Positions 39,900-51,367 of a stretch of 64,000 nt of DNA are shown here, piece by piece (the stretch's first letter is position 1; each line of letters begins with the position of its first letter). A program made the translations under genes and the position numbers. Below the pieces are notes generated by a model, which worked only from the letters and a program-made list of their open reading frames with translations, ran no database searches and had not been told where the DNA came from. Source of the stretch: a plasmid; the sequence record NZ_CP064874.1; one strand, 5' to 3'.

Positions 39900-40623
39900 G
39901 GCAGAGGAAGCCCCGTCTCCCAGCGTATTGCGCCGATGACGCGGCACTGAACAGCTTCCGACCATCGGGGTCCGGATCAATAGCGCGAAATAGTGCTCTT
40001 CCGAGCAGTGGAGTGTCACCGCCACTGCCGCCTCACGCAGGATGGAAAGTTGAAAGACCTGGATCGACGGGGAGGTCATTTGCACGAGGCGTTTCGCTTG
40101 CTGCGGGAAGAAAGGCTCAAACGAGGCCGATACCATCGCCGAGCGACGGTGTATCACCCGGACGTAGAAGAGGTCGACCAGCTCTACGGTGTCCGGCTTC
40201 AGCTGGAGTCCTTAGGCGCGCGCCGGACGGTGGACGGATGCTGCGCTCCGAGATCGGCGCTTCGCGCGAGTACGGGACGCTAATGGATGCGGCGCTGGCA
40301 GTCGGTGACATGGGCGCCTGGCTGGTGGCGCACCACGCGTTCCTCCGCTGCTGCGTCGCGCGTGCAGACATCCCGTTGGGGCGGGTAGTGGACTCCTACC
40401 CGGAACGCTGCTTACACATCTATCAGTTGTGGCACCCGCAGTCGTTCGCCATCGCTCATCGCGAGTACGAGGCCGTCCTCGAGTCGATCGTCAGGCGTCC
40501 GACGCCCAGGGGATCGATCTGTCGCCGCTGGCGACCCACGAGTTCGCCTTCGACGATGCCGCCGCCGCCTTCGAGCAGTCCCGCGACGCGTCCAGCAGCC
40601 TGAAGGTCCTGCTCCGACCGTAG
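39900..40623 (+). pseudogene. degraded region: GntR-family (FCD domain) regulator fragments plus a C-terminal remnant of an MDR alcohol dehydrogenase
   Basis: FCD-like peptides occur in two different frames; the terminal peptide LSPLATHEFAFDDAAAAFEQSRDASSSLKVLLRP is ADH-like. Confidence 0.4.
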
Positions 40624-40741
40624 AGCGCCTGGGCCGTCGGGGCCGTCACAGGGAGCCACGCGGGCGGCGTGGGGTGGCACGGGCTGCAGTGGCACCGCGG
40701 AGACGATCCTCCCGCCTGTCGGGTCGGCATCGGAGCGCGCG

Positions 40742-41566
40742 GTGCAGGAGGAGCGCGCCCACGTTGCAAGTAAGCTTTCTGCCGTGCAGAATCGACAGCT
40801 CGGGTCGCCGGGCGATCCACCCCAGTATCCGATCGAGTCGGTCGACAACGCGCTGAAGCTGATCCTGCTGCTGGGTGAGGAGCACGAGCTGCGGCTCACG
40901 GACGCCGGTGCCCTCCTCGGGGTGGCGACCTCGACCGCGCACCGACTTCTCGCGATGCTGGCATGGCGCGGCTTCGTGCGGCAGAACCCGGTGACCAAGG
41001 CTTACGGCCCTGGCCCGGCGCTGACGACGGTGGCCTTCTCGGTGCTGCGCAGGATGGATGTCCCGAGACTGGCGCAGCCGATCCTCGAGGACCTCAGCGC
41101 CGCCCTCGGTGAGACCTGCCACCTGGGCACGCTCGAGGGCAACCATGTCCGATTCTTCGCCGTTGCCGAGCCCGATGTGGCCGTGCGCGTGGTTTCGAGA
41201 CTGGGCAAGACCCTGCCGGCGCATTGCACCTCGACCGGCAAGGCGCTGCTTGCCGAGCTGAGCGACGAGCAGCTCTTCCGGCTGTACCCGGACGAGCAGC
41301 TCGAGATCGTCACACCGAACTCCATACGTTCCCGAGACGAACTCGTCGCCGAACTGGTTCGGACACGACTGGACGGTTATGCCGTGAATCGGCAGGAAAG
41401 CGAGGACGGCGTGGCGAGCGTCGCGGTCCCGGTCCACGTCTCGTCGGGACTGCGACTGGCGATCAACGCCTCCGCGCCCGTGCAGCGGTTACCGCCGGGC
41501 AAGGTCAAGTCCCTAGCGCGGTCACTGCAGGACGCCGCGATCCGCCTCGCCGAACTGTTGGGGTGA
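40742..41566 (+). CDS. IclR family transcriptional regulator
   Basis: N-terminal wHTH plus an IclR effector domain. Confidence 0.8.
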   Translation: MQEERAHVASKLSAVQNRQLGSPGDPPQYPIESVDNALKLILLLGEEHELRLTDAGALLGVATSTAHRLLAMLAWRGFVRQNPVTKAYGPGPALTTVAFSVLRRMDVPRLAQPILEDLSAALGETCHLGTLEGNHVRFFAVAEPDVAVRVVSRLGKTLPAHCTSTGKALLAELSDEQLFRLYPDEQLEIVTPNSIRSRDELVAELVRTRLDGYAVNRQESEDGVASVAVPVHVSSGLRLAINASAPVQRLPPGKVKSLARSLQDAAIRLAELLG

Positions 41567-41665
41567 ACCGGCCCGGGTCGTCGTAGCGCCCATGGATGCG
41601 CTGCGCACGCGAACACGCCGCTGATGAGCGTGGCTGCGGGAGCGACCGACCCGCCGCCGTGGGCC

Positions 41666-42505
41666 TCAGTGCCCGTTGGCCGGATCGTCCGGGTCGCGGG
41701 CGGCTTCTTCGCCTTGATCCAGCCCACTCAGCGTCGCCATATCCTCCGAGCTGAGCGTGAAATCGAAGACGTCGATGTTCTGCGCGAGATGCTTCTCATC
41801 GCCGGCGCGCGGGACGGGAACGATCCCTTCCTCGATGTGCCAGCGCAGTAGGACCTGTGCGGGCGACTTGTCATACTTCGACGCGATCGCGGTCACCGCG
41901 GGATCGGACAGCAGGGCTCCTCCGCGTCCGAGCGGGCTCCACGCCTCGGTCAGGATGCCGTGAGCGCGCTGGAAGCTGCGCTGTTCGACACGGGCGATGT
42001 CGACGCTGAGCTGGATCTGATCGACGTCGGGGACGACACCGGTCGCGTCGACGACGCGCTGAAGGTGGTGAGACTTGAAGTTGGAGACGCCGATCGCCTT
42101 CACTCGTCCCTCTTCGAGCAGTCTCACCAGACCCTTCCACGCTTCGACGTATCGGTCGAGGGCCGGAACCGGCCAATGGATCAGGAACAGATCGAGGTAG
42201 TCGACGCGAAGGGTCTTCAGCGATCGGTCGTACGCGCGCTGCACTCCCTCGACGCTGTGGTCCTCCTTGTTGAACTTGCTCGTGATGAAGACCTCGTCAC
42301 GAGGGATGCCCGATGCACGCAGACCGGCACCGACGGCCTCCTCATTCGCGTACTTGTACGCCGTATCGAACAGGCGGTAACCGTAGCCGACCGCCTTCTC
42401 GACCATCGTTGCGCACTCGTCTCCCGTGAGTGGCCACGTGCCCACCCCGATTCGCGGGATGCGGTGACCGTGCAGGAGGGGGAGGGTGGTGTCGTCAGCT
42501 CTCAT
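41666..42505 (-). CDS. aldo/keto reductase
   Basis: RLFDTAYKYANE...IGVSNF motifs. Confidence 0.8.
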   Translation of the reverse strand: MRADDTTLPLLHGHRIPRIGVGTWPLTGDECATMVEKAVGYGYRLFDTAYKYANEEAVGAGLRASGIPRDEVFITSKFNKEDHSVEGVQRAYDRSLKTLRVDYLDLFLIHWPVPALDRYVEAWKGLVRLLEEGRVKAIGVSNFKSHHLQRVVDATGVVPDVDQIQLSVDIARVEQRSFQRAHGILTEAWSPLGRGGALLSDPAVTAIASKYDKSPAQVLLRWHIEEGIVPVPRAGDEKHLAQNIDVFDFTLSSEDMATLSGLDQGEEAARDPDDPANGH

Positions 42506-43738
42506 CGGGCGGCCGCCTTCGCCGGAGCCGTGCTCGAGGGCTCGAGGAGGGCGCGCAGCCGATGTATCAGCTCGTCCGCCTTCGCTCGCGAGGCGACCGA
42601 GCGGCGGGCGTCGACGAGGGCACGCGGCCAGTTCACGATGACGGCACCTTCGGCCTGCCCTTGGCTCTCGCCGTACACGACGGCGAAGCGGTCCTGCGCA
42701 GGGTCGCCCACCATCGTCCAGTGATCAGATCCGGTATGCCCGACGATCTGGATCTTCCAGTCGTACTGGTCGCTCCAGACATACTCGGTCGTGTCGTAGT
42801 CCTCGCAATCATCAGGGTGGACGATGTTGTGTGCGACGACGCGAGCCTGATCAACGGCATTGGTCCAATGTTCGAGGCGCAGCGAGACGTTGCGCGACGC
42901 ACTCGCCCAACGTGCGATATCGCCGACGGCAAAGATCTCAGGATGCCCGATGGCCCGCAGCCCAGAGTCGCAGGTCACCCCGTTGTCGAGTTCGATGCCG
43001 GAACCCTCGAGCCACTCTGTGTTGACCACAGCTCCGATACCGACGAGAGCTGCATCGGCCTCGATGATCTCGCCGCCATCGAGCACCACGCGCACCCCGT
43101 CTGCCGTCTGTTCGACGCCTTCGACTGTCCTTCCGAAGTACTCCTCGACGCCCTCCTGGGCATACTTGCGGCTGAAGATCTGGCCGACTTCGGCATTGAG
43201 CACCCGCGACATCGGCGCCGGGAACGGGTCAACCATGCTGACCCGTACGCCCGCCGTGATCGCCGTTGCGGCAGCCTCCCCCCCGATGAAGCCTGCGCCG
43301 ATGACCACAAGGTGCCGCGCTGTGGCCAGCTCATCCCGCAAGCGCTCGGCATCGCCGCTGGTACGCAGCAAGTGAATATGCTCACCTTCACCCCACGGAG
43401 AGCGACGGGCGCGTGACCCGGTGGCGATCACGAGTGTGTCGTATGAGACGGCTGTACCGTCCTCGAGCGTCACAACCTGGCCTTCGAGGTTGAGGGATGC
43501 CGCGGGCGTGCCGAAGATTGAGATGGCTCCGATCCCCCGCGTCTCGTGCTCGGAGAGAAGCTCGATCTCGTGTCGCGCCGTCTCACCGGTGAGGTACTTC
43601 TTCGAGAGCGGAGGTTTGTCGTAGGTGGGATGGCGTTCCTGGTCAATCAGGACGATCTCGCCCTCGAATCCCTCGCTTCGAAGGGCTTGGGCGGTCTTGA
43701 GCCCACCAACAGAGGCGCCGACGATGACGACCCGCGAC
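42502..43738 (-). CDS. FAD-dependent ferredoxin--NAD(P)+ reductase
   Basis: VVIVGASVGG and VVIGAGFIGGE dinucleotide-binding motifs; the GTG start overlaps the ferredoxin stop. Confidence 0.8.
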
Positions 43739-43741
43739 ACG

Positions 43742-43936
43742 TCAGTCCTCCACAACCAAGGCGGAGACGGGGCAGCTGCGCGCCGCCTCCTCTACTCGCT
43801 TGCGGTCACTGTCGGGCAGGTCCTCGCGCAGAACGATCACTAGGGCGTCGTCATCTAGGTCGAAGTAGTCGCCCGCGGCGACAACGCAATTGGCGTAGCC
43901 CTGGCAGGCGCTGCGGTCGGCGATGATCCGTGCCAT
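43742..43936 (-). CDS. ferredoxin (small [3Fe-4S]/[4Fe-4S] type)
   Basis: 64 aa with CQGYANCV...CPVSAL cysteine pattern. Confidence 0.7.
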   Translation of the reverse strand: MARIIADRSACQGYANCVVAAGDYFDLDDDALVIVLREDLPDSDRKRVEEAARSCPVSALVVED

Positions 43937-43950
43937 CGGTCTCTCCTTTT

Positions 43951-44265
43951 CTACTGCGGTCGCATTTCGGGAAACATCGGCTGGTCAGGCCGCGCGATCA
44001 TCTCGGAGAACGTCTGCGTGGTCTGCCAGGTCAGGGCCTCGAGTTCCATGGGGTCGATCGCGATCCACTGGCCAGTTTTCGGGGCGTCGATCAGTAGCCT
44101 CGTGCCGTTGTGAGTTTCCACGCGGCGCACTTCGATCTCCGAAAACTCGTTGGCGATGACGAGCGGCTCTCCGACGGTGCGGGCAATAAGACGCTCGCGC
44201 TCCGCCGCCGCAGCCGCCGCGGCATCACGATCGACGTCGGCACCCTCCCAGTCGAGGCCGCTCAC
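43951..44265 (-). CDS. hypothetical protein in the dioxygenase operon
   Basis: Lies between the ferredoxin and the dioxygenase beta subunit; overlaps the beta-subunit stop. Confidence 0.4.
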   Translation of the reverse strand: MSGLDWEGADVDRDAAAAAAAERERLIARTVGEPLVIANEFSEIEVRRVETHNGTRLLIDAPKTGQWIAIDPMELEALTWQTTQTFSEMIARPDQPMFPEMRPQ

Positions 44266-44855
44266 AGGAAGATCGCCAGGTTCTGGGTGCGGAGCACCGA
44301 CTCGTCCACCATGATCACCCGACGTGCCAACTGCAGGTCGTCACCGACGCGACGCAATACGTCCTCGCGGTGAGCGGAGATGATTGACGGCTCGTTGACG
44401 TCTCCCCGGCTGCGGAACAGCAGGACGGCGGAGTCGACGATGAGCTCGTCCTCGACCGAGGACAGGAACACGCGCACGTTCGTCACGTAGTGACGCAGGC
44501 GTGAGGGAGGGTCCTCCGTCCAAGCGTGTTCAGTCAGGAATCGCGCGACCCGGCGGCTGAGCGAGTACTTATTCTCGTCCCAGTGCGACATCCCCCTCGC
44601 CGTCGTGAAGGAAGACCCGAGAGCCGTCGTCTGACGCACCGGCATGATGTAGTGAATATCCTCTGTAAGCGTCTCAAGCCAGTGCTCGTACCGTTGCTCG
44701 TCGAGGGTGTAAGCCTCTTCAATCAACCAACGATGCGCCTCGAGATGCAGTTCGTCGGAGAACAGTAGGGACCGCCCGACTCGATCGGCGCGCGTGGCGT
44801 GGGCGCCGAGAGGCGATTGCTCGGATATCTGGACACCGGTCTCGGTGTTCATCAT
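44262..44855 (-). CDS. aromatic ring-hydroxylating dioxygenase, beta subunit
   Basis: SnoaL-like beta-subunit pattern; overlaps the alpha-subunit stop. Confidence 0.75.
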   Translation of the reverse strand: MMNTETGVQISEQSPLGAHATRADRVGRSLLFSDELHLEAHRWLIEEAYTLDEQRYEHWLETLTEDIHYIMPVRQTTALGSSFTTARGMSHWDENKYSLSRRVARFLTEHAWTEDPPSRLRHYVTNVRVFLSSVEDELIVDSAVLLFRSRGDVNEPSIISAHREDVLRRVGDDLQLARRVIMVDESVLRTQNLAIFL

Positions 44856-46246
44856 GCGGGTGCCTCCCCGTTGTTGGTGATGCCTGTACCGATGCTCGCG
44901 ACCTGCACCTCGACTTCGTCATCGGTGTCGAGGTAGTCGGCCCAGCGATCGAGCAGATGACGCTGGTTGTACTCGCCGTAACCAACGTGCGCGACGCCTG
45001 GACCGGCGAACTGTTCAGGCGTCAGCGCAGCGACGACCGGAGTGTCGTCTTTGAGAGTCCCCATCCGACTGTTGAGCAGGAGCCGTCGAGCCATCGAACC
45101 CTTGGCAGTCGTGGTCAGCGAGACCCAGTTCTCGACATCGTCCTGCTCGAACATTCCCGTGCTACCGAAGCACATAAGGTAGGCCTTGTACGAGAGCTCC
45201 TTGAACTCCTCCGGCGCCTCGGCATCGACCGCGAACCAGGAGTAGACCTCCGTCTCGTTCTCGCTAATGGGCTGCCACGAACGGATCGAGATGAAGGGCA
45301 GCACGTCGTCCCCGTCCTCCACCTTCGGCCAGTTGTGCACGAAACTCATGTTCGGGAAGAGCGATGCCGCTGAGATCATAAACCCGTCACGGCCAATCAC
45401 ATCGAGCTGCTCAGGCGACCATTGCTCCTTCATCCGCTCGATCATCGCGTCGGGATATCCGACGTAGCGCAGCCGCTCCTCGAGGCTGCCCGGCGGGAGC
45501 TTGTAGGTCGTGCCGCCGCCGTTGCCGGCCCAGTACGTGTTGCCGTCCTTGCGCTTCTCCGCCTTCGGCTCACGGAACAACCCGATCTCGACGACCGAGG
45601 TGTGGGTCTGGGGCGTGTGATACATGTCGCCGGCGAAGTTCTCGGCGCCGATCTTCCAGTTCGCGTTGACGCGCCACCGCTGCGGGCCACGCAGCTCGAT
45701 GCCCTTGGCGCTCTGCCCGGTGTAGTAGTCGAGGTAGAACGCGAAGTCGCCGATGTATTCCCGCAGGGTCGGCGCGTTCGGGTCCATGCTGATGAAGATC
45801 AGACCGTTGTATGTGTCCAGGTTCGGCGCCGGGAGCAGTCGTGCACCCTTCTTGTTGAACCCTGCCTCACCCCCGTAGGCCTCCTCGTGGAACGGGAGGC
45901 CCATAATCCGGCCGTCGTTGCGGTATGACCACCCGTGGTAGGGGCAACGGAAGTGGGAGGCGTTGCCGACCTCGGCGCGGCACACCTGCATCCCGCGGTG
46001 CAGGCACATGTTGAAGTGCGCCCGAATCTCACCACTCTCATCGCGCACGACGATAAACGAGTCGTCGAGCACATGCCGCACCACGTAGTCACCGGGCTGA
46101 GGGATCTCGGATTCATGTCCGACGAAAATCCACGCGCGGCTGAAGAGCTTGCTCTTCTCCTGCTCGAAGATCTCCTCGTCGTTATAGATGTGCGCCGGGA
46201 TCATGCCGCGCCGCACGTCCTCGAAGATCGTCGTCTTGCTCGCCAT
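44852..46246 (-). CDS. Rieske-type aromatic ring-hydroxylating dioxygenase, alpha subunit
   Basis: Rieske CLHRG...CPYHGW plus a catalytic non-haem Fe domain. Confidence 0.8.
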   Translation of the reverse strand: MASKTTIFEDVRRGMIPAHIYNDEEIFEQEKSKLFSRAWIFVGHESEIPQPGDYVVRHVLDDSFIVVRDESGEIRAHFNMCLHRGMQVCRAEVGNASHFRCPYHGWSYRNDGRIMGLPFHEEAYGGEAGFNKKGARLLPAPNLDTYNGLIFISMDPNAPTLREYIGDFAFYLDYYTGQSAKGIELRGPQRWRVNANWKIGAENFAGDMYHTPQTHTSVVEIGLFREPKAEKRKDGNTYWAGNGGGTTYKLPPGSLEERLRYVGYPDAMIERMKEQWSPEQLDVIGRDGFMISAASLFPNMSFVHNWPKVEDGDDVLPFISIRSWQPISENETEVYSWFAVDAEAPEEFKELSYKAYLMCFGSTGMFEQDDVENWVSLTTTAKGSMARRLLLNSRMGTLKDDTPVVAALTPEQFAGPGVAHVGYGEYNQRHLLDRWADYLDTDDEVEVQVASIGTGITNNGEAPA

Positions 46247-46391
46247 TGGGTCGCTGCTTCCTGATGTCAGAGTCCTATTCCGCGCCTTGAAGATGATGTC
46301 GGTCGAGACCGGTTTTCTTTAAGACAGAATCTGATTCTGCTAGATTTTCCAGGAATTCGCAATCGGAGATCACGCCTCGAAGGAGAAGTGG

Positions 46392-47120
46392 ATGATGAAC
46401 GACTACGTCGACGAACGCATGCTCGTCGCCAATGCTTGCCGCGTGCTCGCGGTCCGGGGGCTCGTGGACGACATCCTCGGGCACGTCAGCCTGCGGGTCG
46501 ACGACGACACCGTCCTCATCCGAGCCCGCGGACCGCAGGAGCGGGGGCTGCGGTTCACCACCGCCGACGACATCCTCGCCGTGCCCCTTGAGGGATCGTT
46601 CGAGCTCGCCGGCGGGTACCGGGCGCCGAACGAGCTGTCTCTGCATCTTGAGCTGCTGCGCCGCAATCCTGCGGCTCGATCCGTCGTCCACGCGCATCCG
46701 CCGGCTGTCGTCGCGTTCTCGCTGACCGGACGGACGTTGCTACCGATTGTCGGTGCCTTCAACATCCCCGCTATGCGGATGGCGCGCGGCGGCATCCCCG
46801 CGCACCCCTCGTCTGCGCTGATCCGCAACCACGCACGCGCGACGGCCATGGCGGACGATTTCGGCACGCGGCCGGTCGGCATCCTGCGCGGTCACGGCCT
46901 CACGGCCGTCGGCGAGAGCGTCCCGCAGGCCGTCATCCGCGCGATCAATGTCGACAGCCTGGCTCGCGTGCACCTCGCCGTTCTGCAGGCAGGGGCCGAG
47001 CCTATGCCGATCGATGACGACGATCTCGCCGACCTGCCCGACCTGGGTGACGCATTCAACGACGGGCATCTCTGGCGATTCCTGCTGCAGGAACTTGCTG
47101 AGCAACGGCTCCTGCTGTAG
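46392..47120 (+). CDS. class II aldolase/adducin family protein
   Basis: Zn-binding H..HAHP and G.H..T motifs. Confidence 0.75.
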   Translation: MMNDYVDERMLVANACRVLAVRGLVDDILGHVSLRVDDDTVLIRARGPQERGLRFTTADDILAVPLEGSFELAGGYRAPNELSLHLELLRRNPAARSVVHAHPPAVVAFSLTGRTLLPIVGAFNIPAMRMARGGIPAHPSSALIRNHARATAMADDFGTRPVGILRGHGLTAVGESVPQAVIRAINVDSLARVHLAVLQAGAEPMPIDDDDLADLPDLGDAFNDGHLWRFLLQELAEQRLLL

Positions 47121-47171
47121 TCGGGCCATCACAGATGTCCGGAGCCCGGGTCGCGATCAGCTGCACCATCC

Positions 47172-48085
47172 TCACCGCCGCGGGCGTACATTTGGACCGA
47201 GCCACTCCGTCACCAGGGTGAGTACCGCATCGCTGTTCGACTCCTGCATCAGCATGTGGCCGTTGCCAGCCACGTTCGCTGCCGTCAACGCGACGAACCT
47301 GACATCGCCGCCTCGCTCGGCGAGCCAGTCTGCAGTCGCGCGGTCCGACTCGATCGGATGATCGGTGTCGTGGGTACCGACCATCACGAGGGTCGGTAGG
47401 CCGTCCAACTCCCTGTCGCCGATATGGACCTGCGCACCGCGGACGTTCTGCCGCTCGAGGAGGAGCCCGGCTGGGATTGGCGCCAGCTGTGAACGGAGCT
47501 CGTCCAGGTGACCGGGTGGGAACTGCTCGCTTGCACCGACCAGCTTCGCCTCGATGAACTCTGGTCCGGGATGCCACCAGCCGCGACGGGGAAGCCTCCA
47601 GGTGAGCGGGCGTCCCTGGACGACGATGTGATCGGCGTCCTCTTCCAGCACGGCGGGCTCGGGCTGGATGTCCCCGGGGGGAGCGGGTGCCAGCGCGACT
47701 AGGGCGATCAGTGAATCCCGATGGTGGAAAGCGACCCGATAGCCGAAAGCGGCGGACATGGAGTGGACCACGAGGACGACCGGGCCGCCGAGCGCAGCGA
47801 TTAGCTCGACGATCGCGCCGGCGACCGCCGCCCCATCCAGCCGCGTGTCGGGGTCCCATGCGCCGCCAGCCGACAACCCAGGCCACGTCATCACGACCGC
47901 GCGGTATCCGGCTTCGGCGAGACGGGGTGCCCACCCGGGTCGCCCGCCGATCGCTCGACTCCAGCCATCGGGGCCCACCCCCCGCCGTGAACGAGCAGCA
48001 CCGTCGCACGGGCGGGGCCGCCGGGCAGCCATTCGGCGTAAGCGACGGTCCCAGCGGAAGTCGCGAAAGAGCGAAACGTCGTCAC
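47172..48085 (-). pseudogene. alpha/beta hydrolase, apparently frameshifted near 47930-47990
   Basis: N-terminal MTTFRSF...VLLVHGGGW is in one frame and the remainder (GYRAVVMTWPGLS...VVHSMSAAFG) in another. Confidence 0.45.
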
Positions 48086-48795
48086 GACATGACGGAGACG
48101 ATGGCTGCTGCCAGTTCCACAGGGCGCGTCAACATTGCCTGGTGGCTCCCCGGCGAGCTCGCGGTCGTGGGGTTCGTGAGCCGGTCTGCTGATGCGCGGT
48201 ACAACTCCTGCGGCACAGCCCGATCCTCTTGCAGGAAGATGTAGCCGCTCGGCACGTCACCGGTGCCGGCCGTCCGAAGACGGATCGGCTCGTCGAGCCA
48301 ACCGCCAGGCGACGGCACCAGACGAGGCTCGACCTGCGCGTGAAGCTCCTCCGATCCGTCCTGCAAGAAAGCCGTCATGAATAGCTGCGGCGGGATCGGC
48401 ACGCTCTGGTCGGGCGAGGACGCGGCTGTGCCACGGGCGAAATTCGCCAACTCGGCGGGGAGGATCGCATTGATCGACTCGCCGTCGGCGAGTACCCACG
48501 CGTCGATGAAGATCGCCTGCTCCACCTGCTCCGGCATCGCCTCAGCTACGAGTTGGATGAGCGGGCCGCCGCCACTGTGGCCGACTACGACGAACCGGTC
48601 CCACCCCTTGTCGGCGATCCGGCCGATGAGATTGTCCGCCATGGTCGAGAGCGTGACACCTGCACGGTCGTCGTTGTCACCGTGACCCTGCAAGGTTGGG
48701 GCCCATACCTCGTGGCCTGCCTTCGTGAGCTCAGCGACAACGCCGTCCCACGCCCAACCACCCTGCCAACCTCCATGAACCAAGACGATGCGCAT
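48082..48795 (-). CDS. alpha/beta hydrolase
   Basis: MRIVLVHGG...VVVGHSGGG nucleophile elbow. Confidence 0.75.
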   Translation of the reverse strand: MRIVLVHGGWQGGWAWDGVVAELTKAGHEVWAPTLQGHGDNDDRAGVTLSTMADNLIGRIADKGWDRFVVVGHSGGGPLIQLVAEAMPEQVEQAIFIDAWVLADGESINAILPAELANFARGTAASSPDQSVPIPPQLFMTAFLQDGSEELHAQVEPRLVPSPGGWLDEPIRLRTAGTGDVPSGYIFLQEDRAVPQELYRASADRLTNPTTASSPGSHQAMLTRPVELAAAIVSVMS

Positions 48796-48899
48796 TCTGG
48801 AACTCCTTTGTTCACCGACGGCGGGTTCCGTCGGATGGAATCCCACTCTACCTAGCAGAATCTGTGCAGAACAACAGTCCTGTTCAATCCCTTCAGAAA

Positions 48900-49452
48900 G
48901 GGTCATTCGTACTCGTCGAGCTTCCGGAGGACGGTCTATCTGAGCGGCGTCTCACGGAGGTCCTGCAGCATGATCGCCCGGTTCAGGGGCGAGATGCATT
49001 GCGGGACCTCTCTGGCCAGCGTGACCGCCACTGCGCCGAGCGGGGTGCCGGATCCATGTGAGTCGCGTCGACACGAATCCGGAGATTGTGCCGGCGCCCA
49101 GCACGATGAGGGAGTTGACGATCATCCTGACGATGATCTGAACTCCGCCGAGAACGAATCCCTGAGCGGTCGTGTTTCCCTGCCCGTGATCTATGAACTG
49201 CGGGATGATCGCGAGTTACATGACAGCGGCCTTGGGGTTGAGCAGGTTGGTGACGAGCCCCATCCGGAACAGCTTCGACCGGGAGTCGCGCGCGTGGGAT
49301 TGTGTCTCGAATAGCCCGTTGCCGCCGGGGCGCAGGGTTGCGGACGCCAGCCACGCGAGATAGAGCACTCCAGCGGCTGTCCCGGTCCAGCTCACCTTGA
49401 CAGGGCTCTCAGGGGTGAGTGCTCGACCGGACGATCCCCGCGGACTCGCCAT
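48900..49452 (-). pseudogene. LysE/RhtB-type translocator remnants (interrupted by stop/frameshift)
   Basis: Peptides ...LFRMGLVTNLLNPKAAVM* and ...GFVLGGVQIIVRMIVNSLIVLGAGTISGF occur in adjacent frames. Confidence 0.35.
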
Positions 49453-49854
49453 GGAGCCACGGCCAAGGAATGCGGAGATCGAGGACGCCGGTCGCGCTGA
49501 GCAACACCGGGATGAGGAGAAGAGTGAGCCGCCCCGTCGGCGATCGCCCTCGCCTCTGAACGGCGCGGCTGCTCACTCGTTAACACACTCTAGGTCGATC
49601 TGCCTGCCGCAAGCGGGCATCTGAGTTGAGTCGGACCAACTGTAGGAAAATGCCATTTCGCGTGGAATCCTGGCCCTGAAACCGTTGCCAACTACCGTGG
49701 AATCGCGAGGGGTTCATGCCATCTCGAGCGGGAACCTACAATGCCGCTTTCCTCGAGGAGGATGCGACCGTGAGGATCCTCGCGGTCGGTACAGACGACT
49801 ATGAGGTGTTCCCCTCGGCGCTGGCGCACGAGATCGCCCGAGGTCTCTGACGCG

Positions 49855-51258
49855 CTAGAGGAGCGCGGTGTCCACGCGGCAGCACTTCTGCTGCGCGTAG
49901 GGACGGTCACTCAACGGGATCCAGCCCTCTTCTCCTCGGCGGAGGAGGCGCGGGTGTCCGGGCTCGGTCTCAGCAGTCATGTGTGGGCCAGCGTTGGTCC
50001 AGCAGTTCTGTGCGCGCGTCTCGCACCACAGCGCGAGTCGCGCTTCGCGGGGGAGACATGCCCGGTGCGTCCACCAGGCGCGCTTCTCCCCGTAGGGGCC
50101 GAATTGGTGCCCTTCACTGTGGGCGATTGCGTCGTGGACAGCGCGGAACACGTCGTTGGCGAGCATCGGCGCGCGCTCTCCCGAGGGGAGGGTGACGGTC
50201 ACGGTGCGTGCCATCGGGTGGTCCGGCGGTAGAGCGCCTTCGGTGTGCTGCGAGACCTCGGTGCGGAAGTAGAACAGATGCTTGTTCTGTCGCAGATCGT
50301 CGAGCATCGCGGCGGAGTCGGCATAGGGCTGCTCGGCCTCTCCGTGCCAGGGCTCGAAGGTGTAGCCGGCTTCCGTGAGCATGTCCCACTGCGCGCCGAT
50401 GTGCTGGCGCAGGCTTCGGTAAGACCGGGCGACCTGTGGGTGGGTGGGTTCGTGCGCTGCGGCCGCGTAGGCTCGCGCTGCAGCGATGTCGTCGAGCTCG
50501 GTCAGCCGGGGGATGGGTTTGCGTTGCGGGAACCCGTGCGCGTCGGCGTATCGCTCTCTGAGCGATTGGATCTCCTTGATGGGCTGGTGGCGCTGGTAGC
50601 TGTCGGTGCCTGGCACGAACGCGACGTGCGCTCGAGCGAAGGTGGGCGACGTGCCGAGACGTGCGGCGATCGCGTTCACGGCGGATGCCGGCAGCGGGTA
50701 CTCGGCGGGTTCGGCGATCTCGAGCTTGCCGTCGTAGAGCCTGCCACCTGGTGCGCCGGCGGCGCGGAGGATGTCGAGAGTCTCCTGGACTTGCAGCTGC
50801 GAGCCGGTGTCGGCGGCGAAGCTGTAAACCCGGTCAGGTCCGTCCGGGTCGAAGTACCCGGCCATGATGCTGTCCTGCTCATACCGTCCTGCGAGCTCTC
50901 CCGCCCAGTCGGTGACCTGCTCGAAGCTGTCCGCACGGACGATGTAGGCGCCGGCTGGTTCAGATGCGCCTTCCCAGAGCCCGTCTGCGTGCTGCAGTTC
51001 CGAGATCTCGATGCCGTGGCGTTCCGCGGCGGCGCGGAGGGTGTCTTCGTACTCGATCCACTCGTCGGTGTCGTAGTAGCTGGGGCGGGAGCTCATTCGC
51101 ATCAGCTCGCCAGAGACCGGCCGGAACGGGGTTGCCCCGATGAAGGCCTCGAGCTGCTTCTCGGCGTTCTGCTCACGCTTCTCCGCACGCCGACGCCGCT
51201 GCCCTGCGGCTGTCGACGACGGGCACCGTCGCCCTCCGTGGTCGATGTCGTCGCACAT
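49855..51258 (-). CDS. 468-aa hypothetical protein (first long gene of island 2)
   Basis: Start MCDDIDHGGRRC with RBS GGGAGAGG; driven by the class-B promoter at 51280-51313. Confidence 0.55.
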   Translation of the reverse strand: MCDDIDHGGRRCPSSTAAGQRRRRAEKREQNAEKQLEAFIGATPFRPVSGELMRMSSRPSYYDTDEWIEYEDTLRAAAERHGIEISELQHADGLWEGASEPAGAYIVRADSFEQVTDWAGELAGRYEQDSIMAGYFDPDGPDRVYSFAADTGSQLQVQETLDILRAAGAPGGRLYDGKLEIAEPAEYPLPASAVNAIAARLGTSPTFARAHVAFVPGTDSYQRHQPIKEIQSLRERYADAHGFPQRKPIPRLTELDDIAAARAYAAAAHEPTHPQVARSYRSLRQHIGAQWDMLTEAGYTFEPWHGEAEQPYADSAAMLDDLRQNKHLFYFRTEVSQHTEGALPPDHPMARTVTVTLPSGERAPMLANDVFRAVHDAIAHSEGHQFGPYGEKRAWWTHRACLPREARLALWCETRAQNCWTNAGPHMTAETEPGHPRLLRRGEEGWIPLSDRPYAQQKCCRVDTALL

Positions 51259-51279
51259 GGCCTCTCCCGTTCGTCTGCT

Positions 51280-51313
51280 GGGTATAGGCCGGTGTTGGGG
51301 GTGTTCGCGGACA
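51280..51313 (-). promoter_or_regulatory. class-B conserved promoter TGTCCGCGAA-N12-CGGCCTATACCC (copy 1)
   Basis: Followed by CAGACGAAC-GGAG RBS and ATG 51258. Confidence 0.5.
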
Positions 51314-51367
51314 GAAATCGGGCCCCGCCGGTGAGCGGGGCCCCGAGGAGTGCGGTCGAGGTCTGGG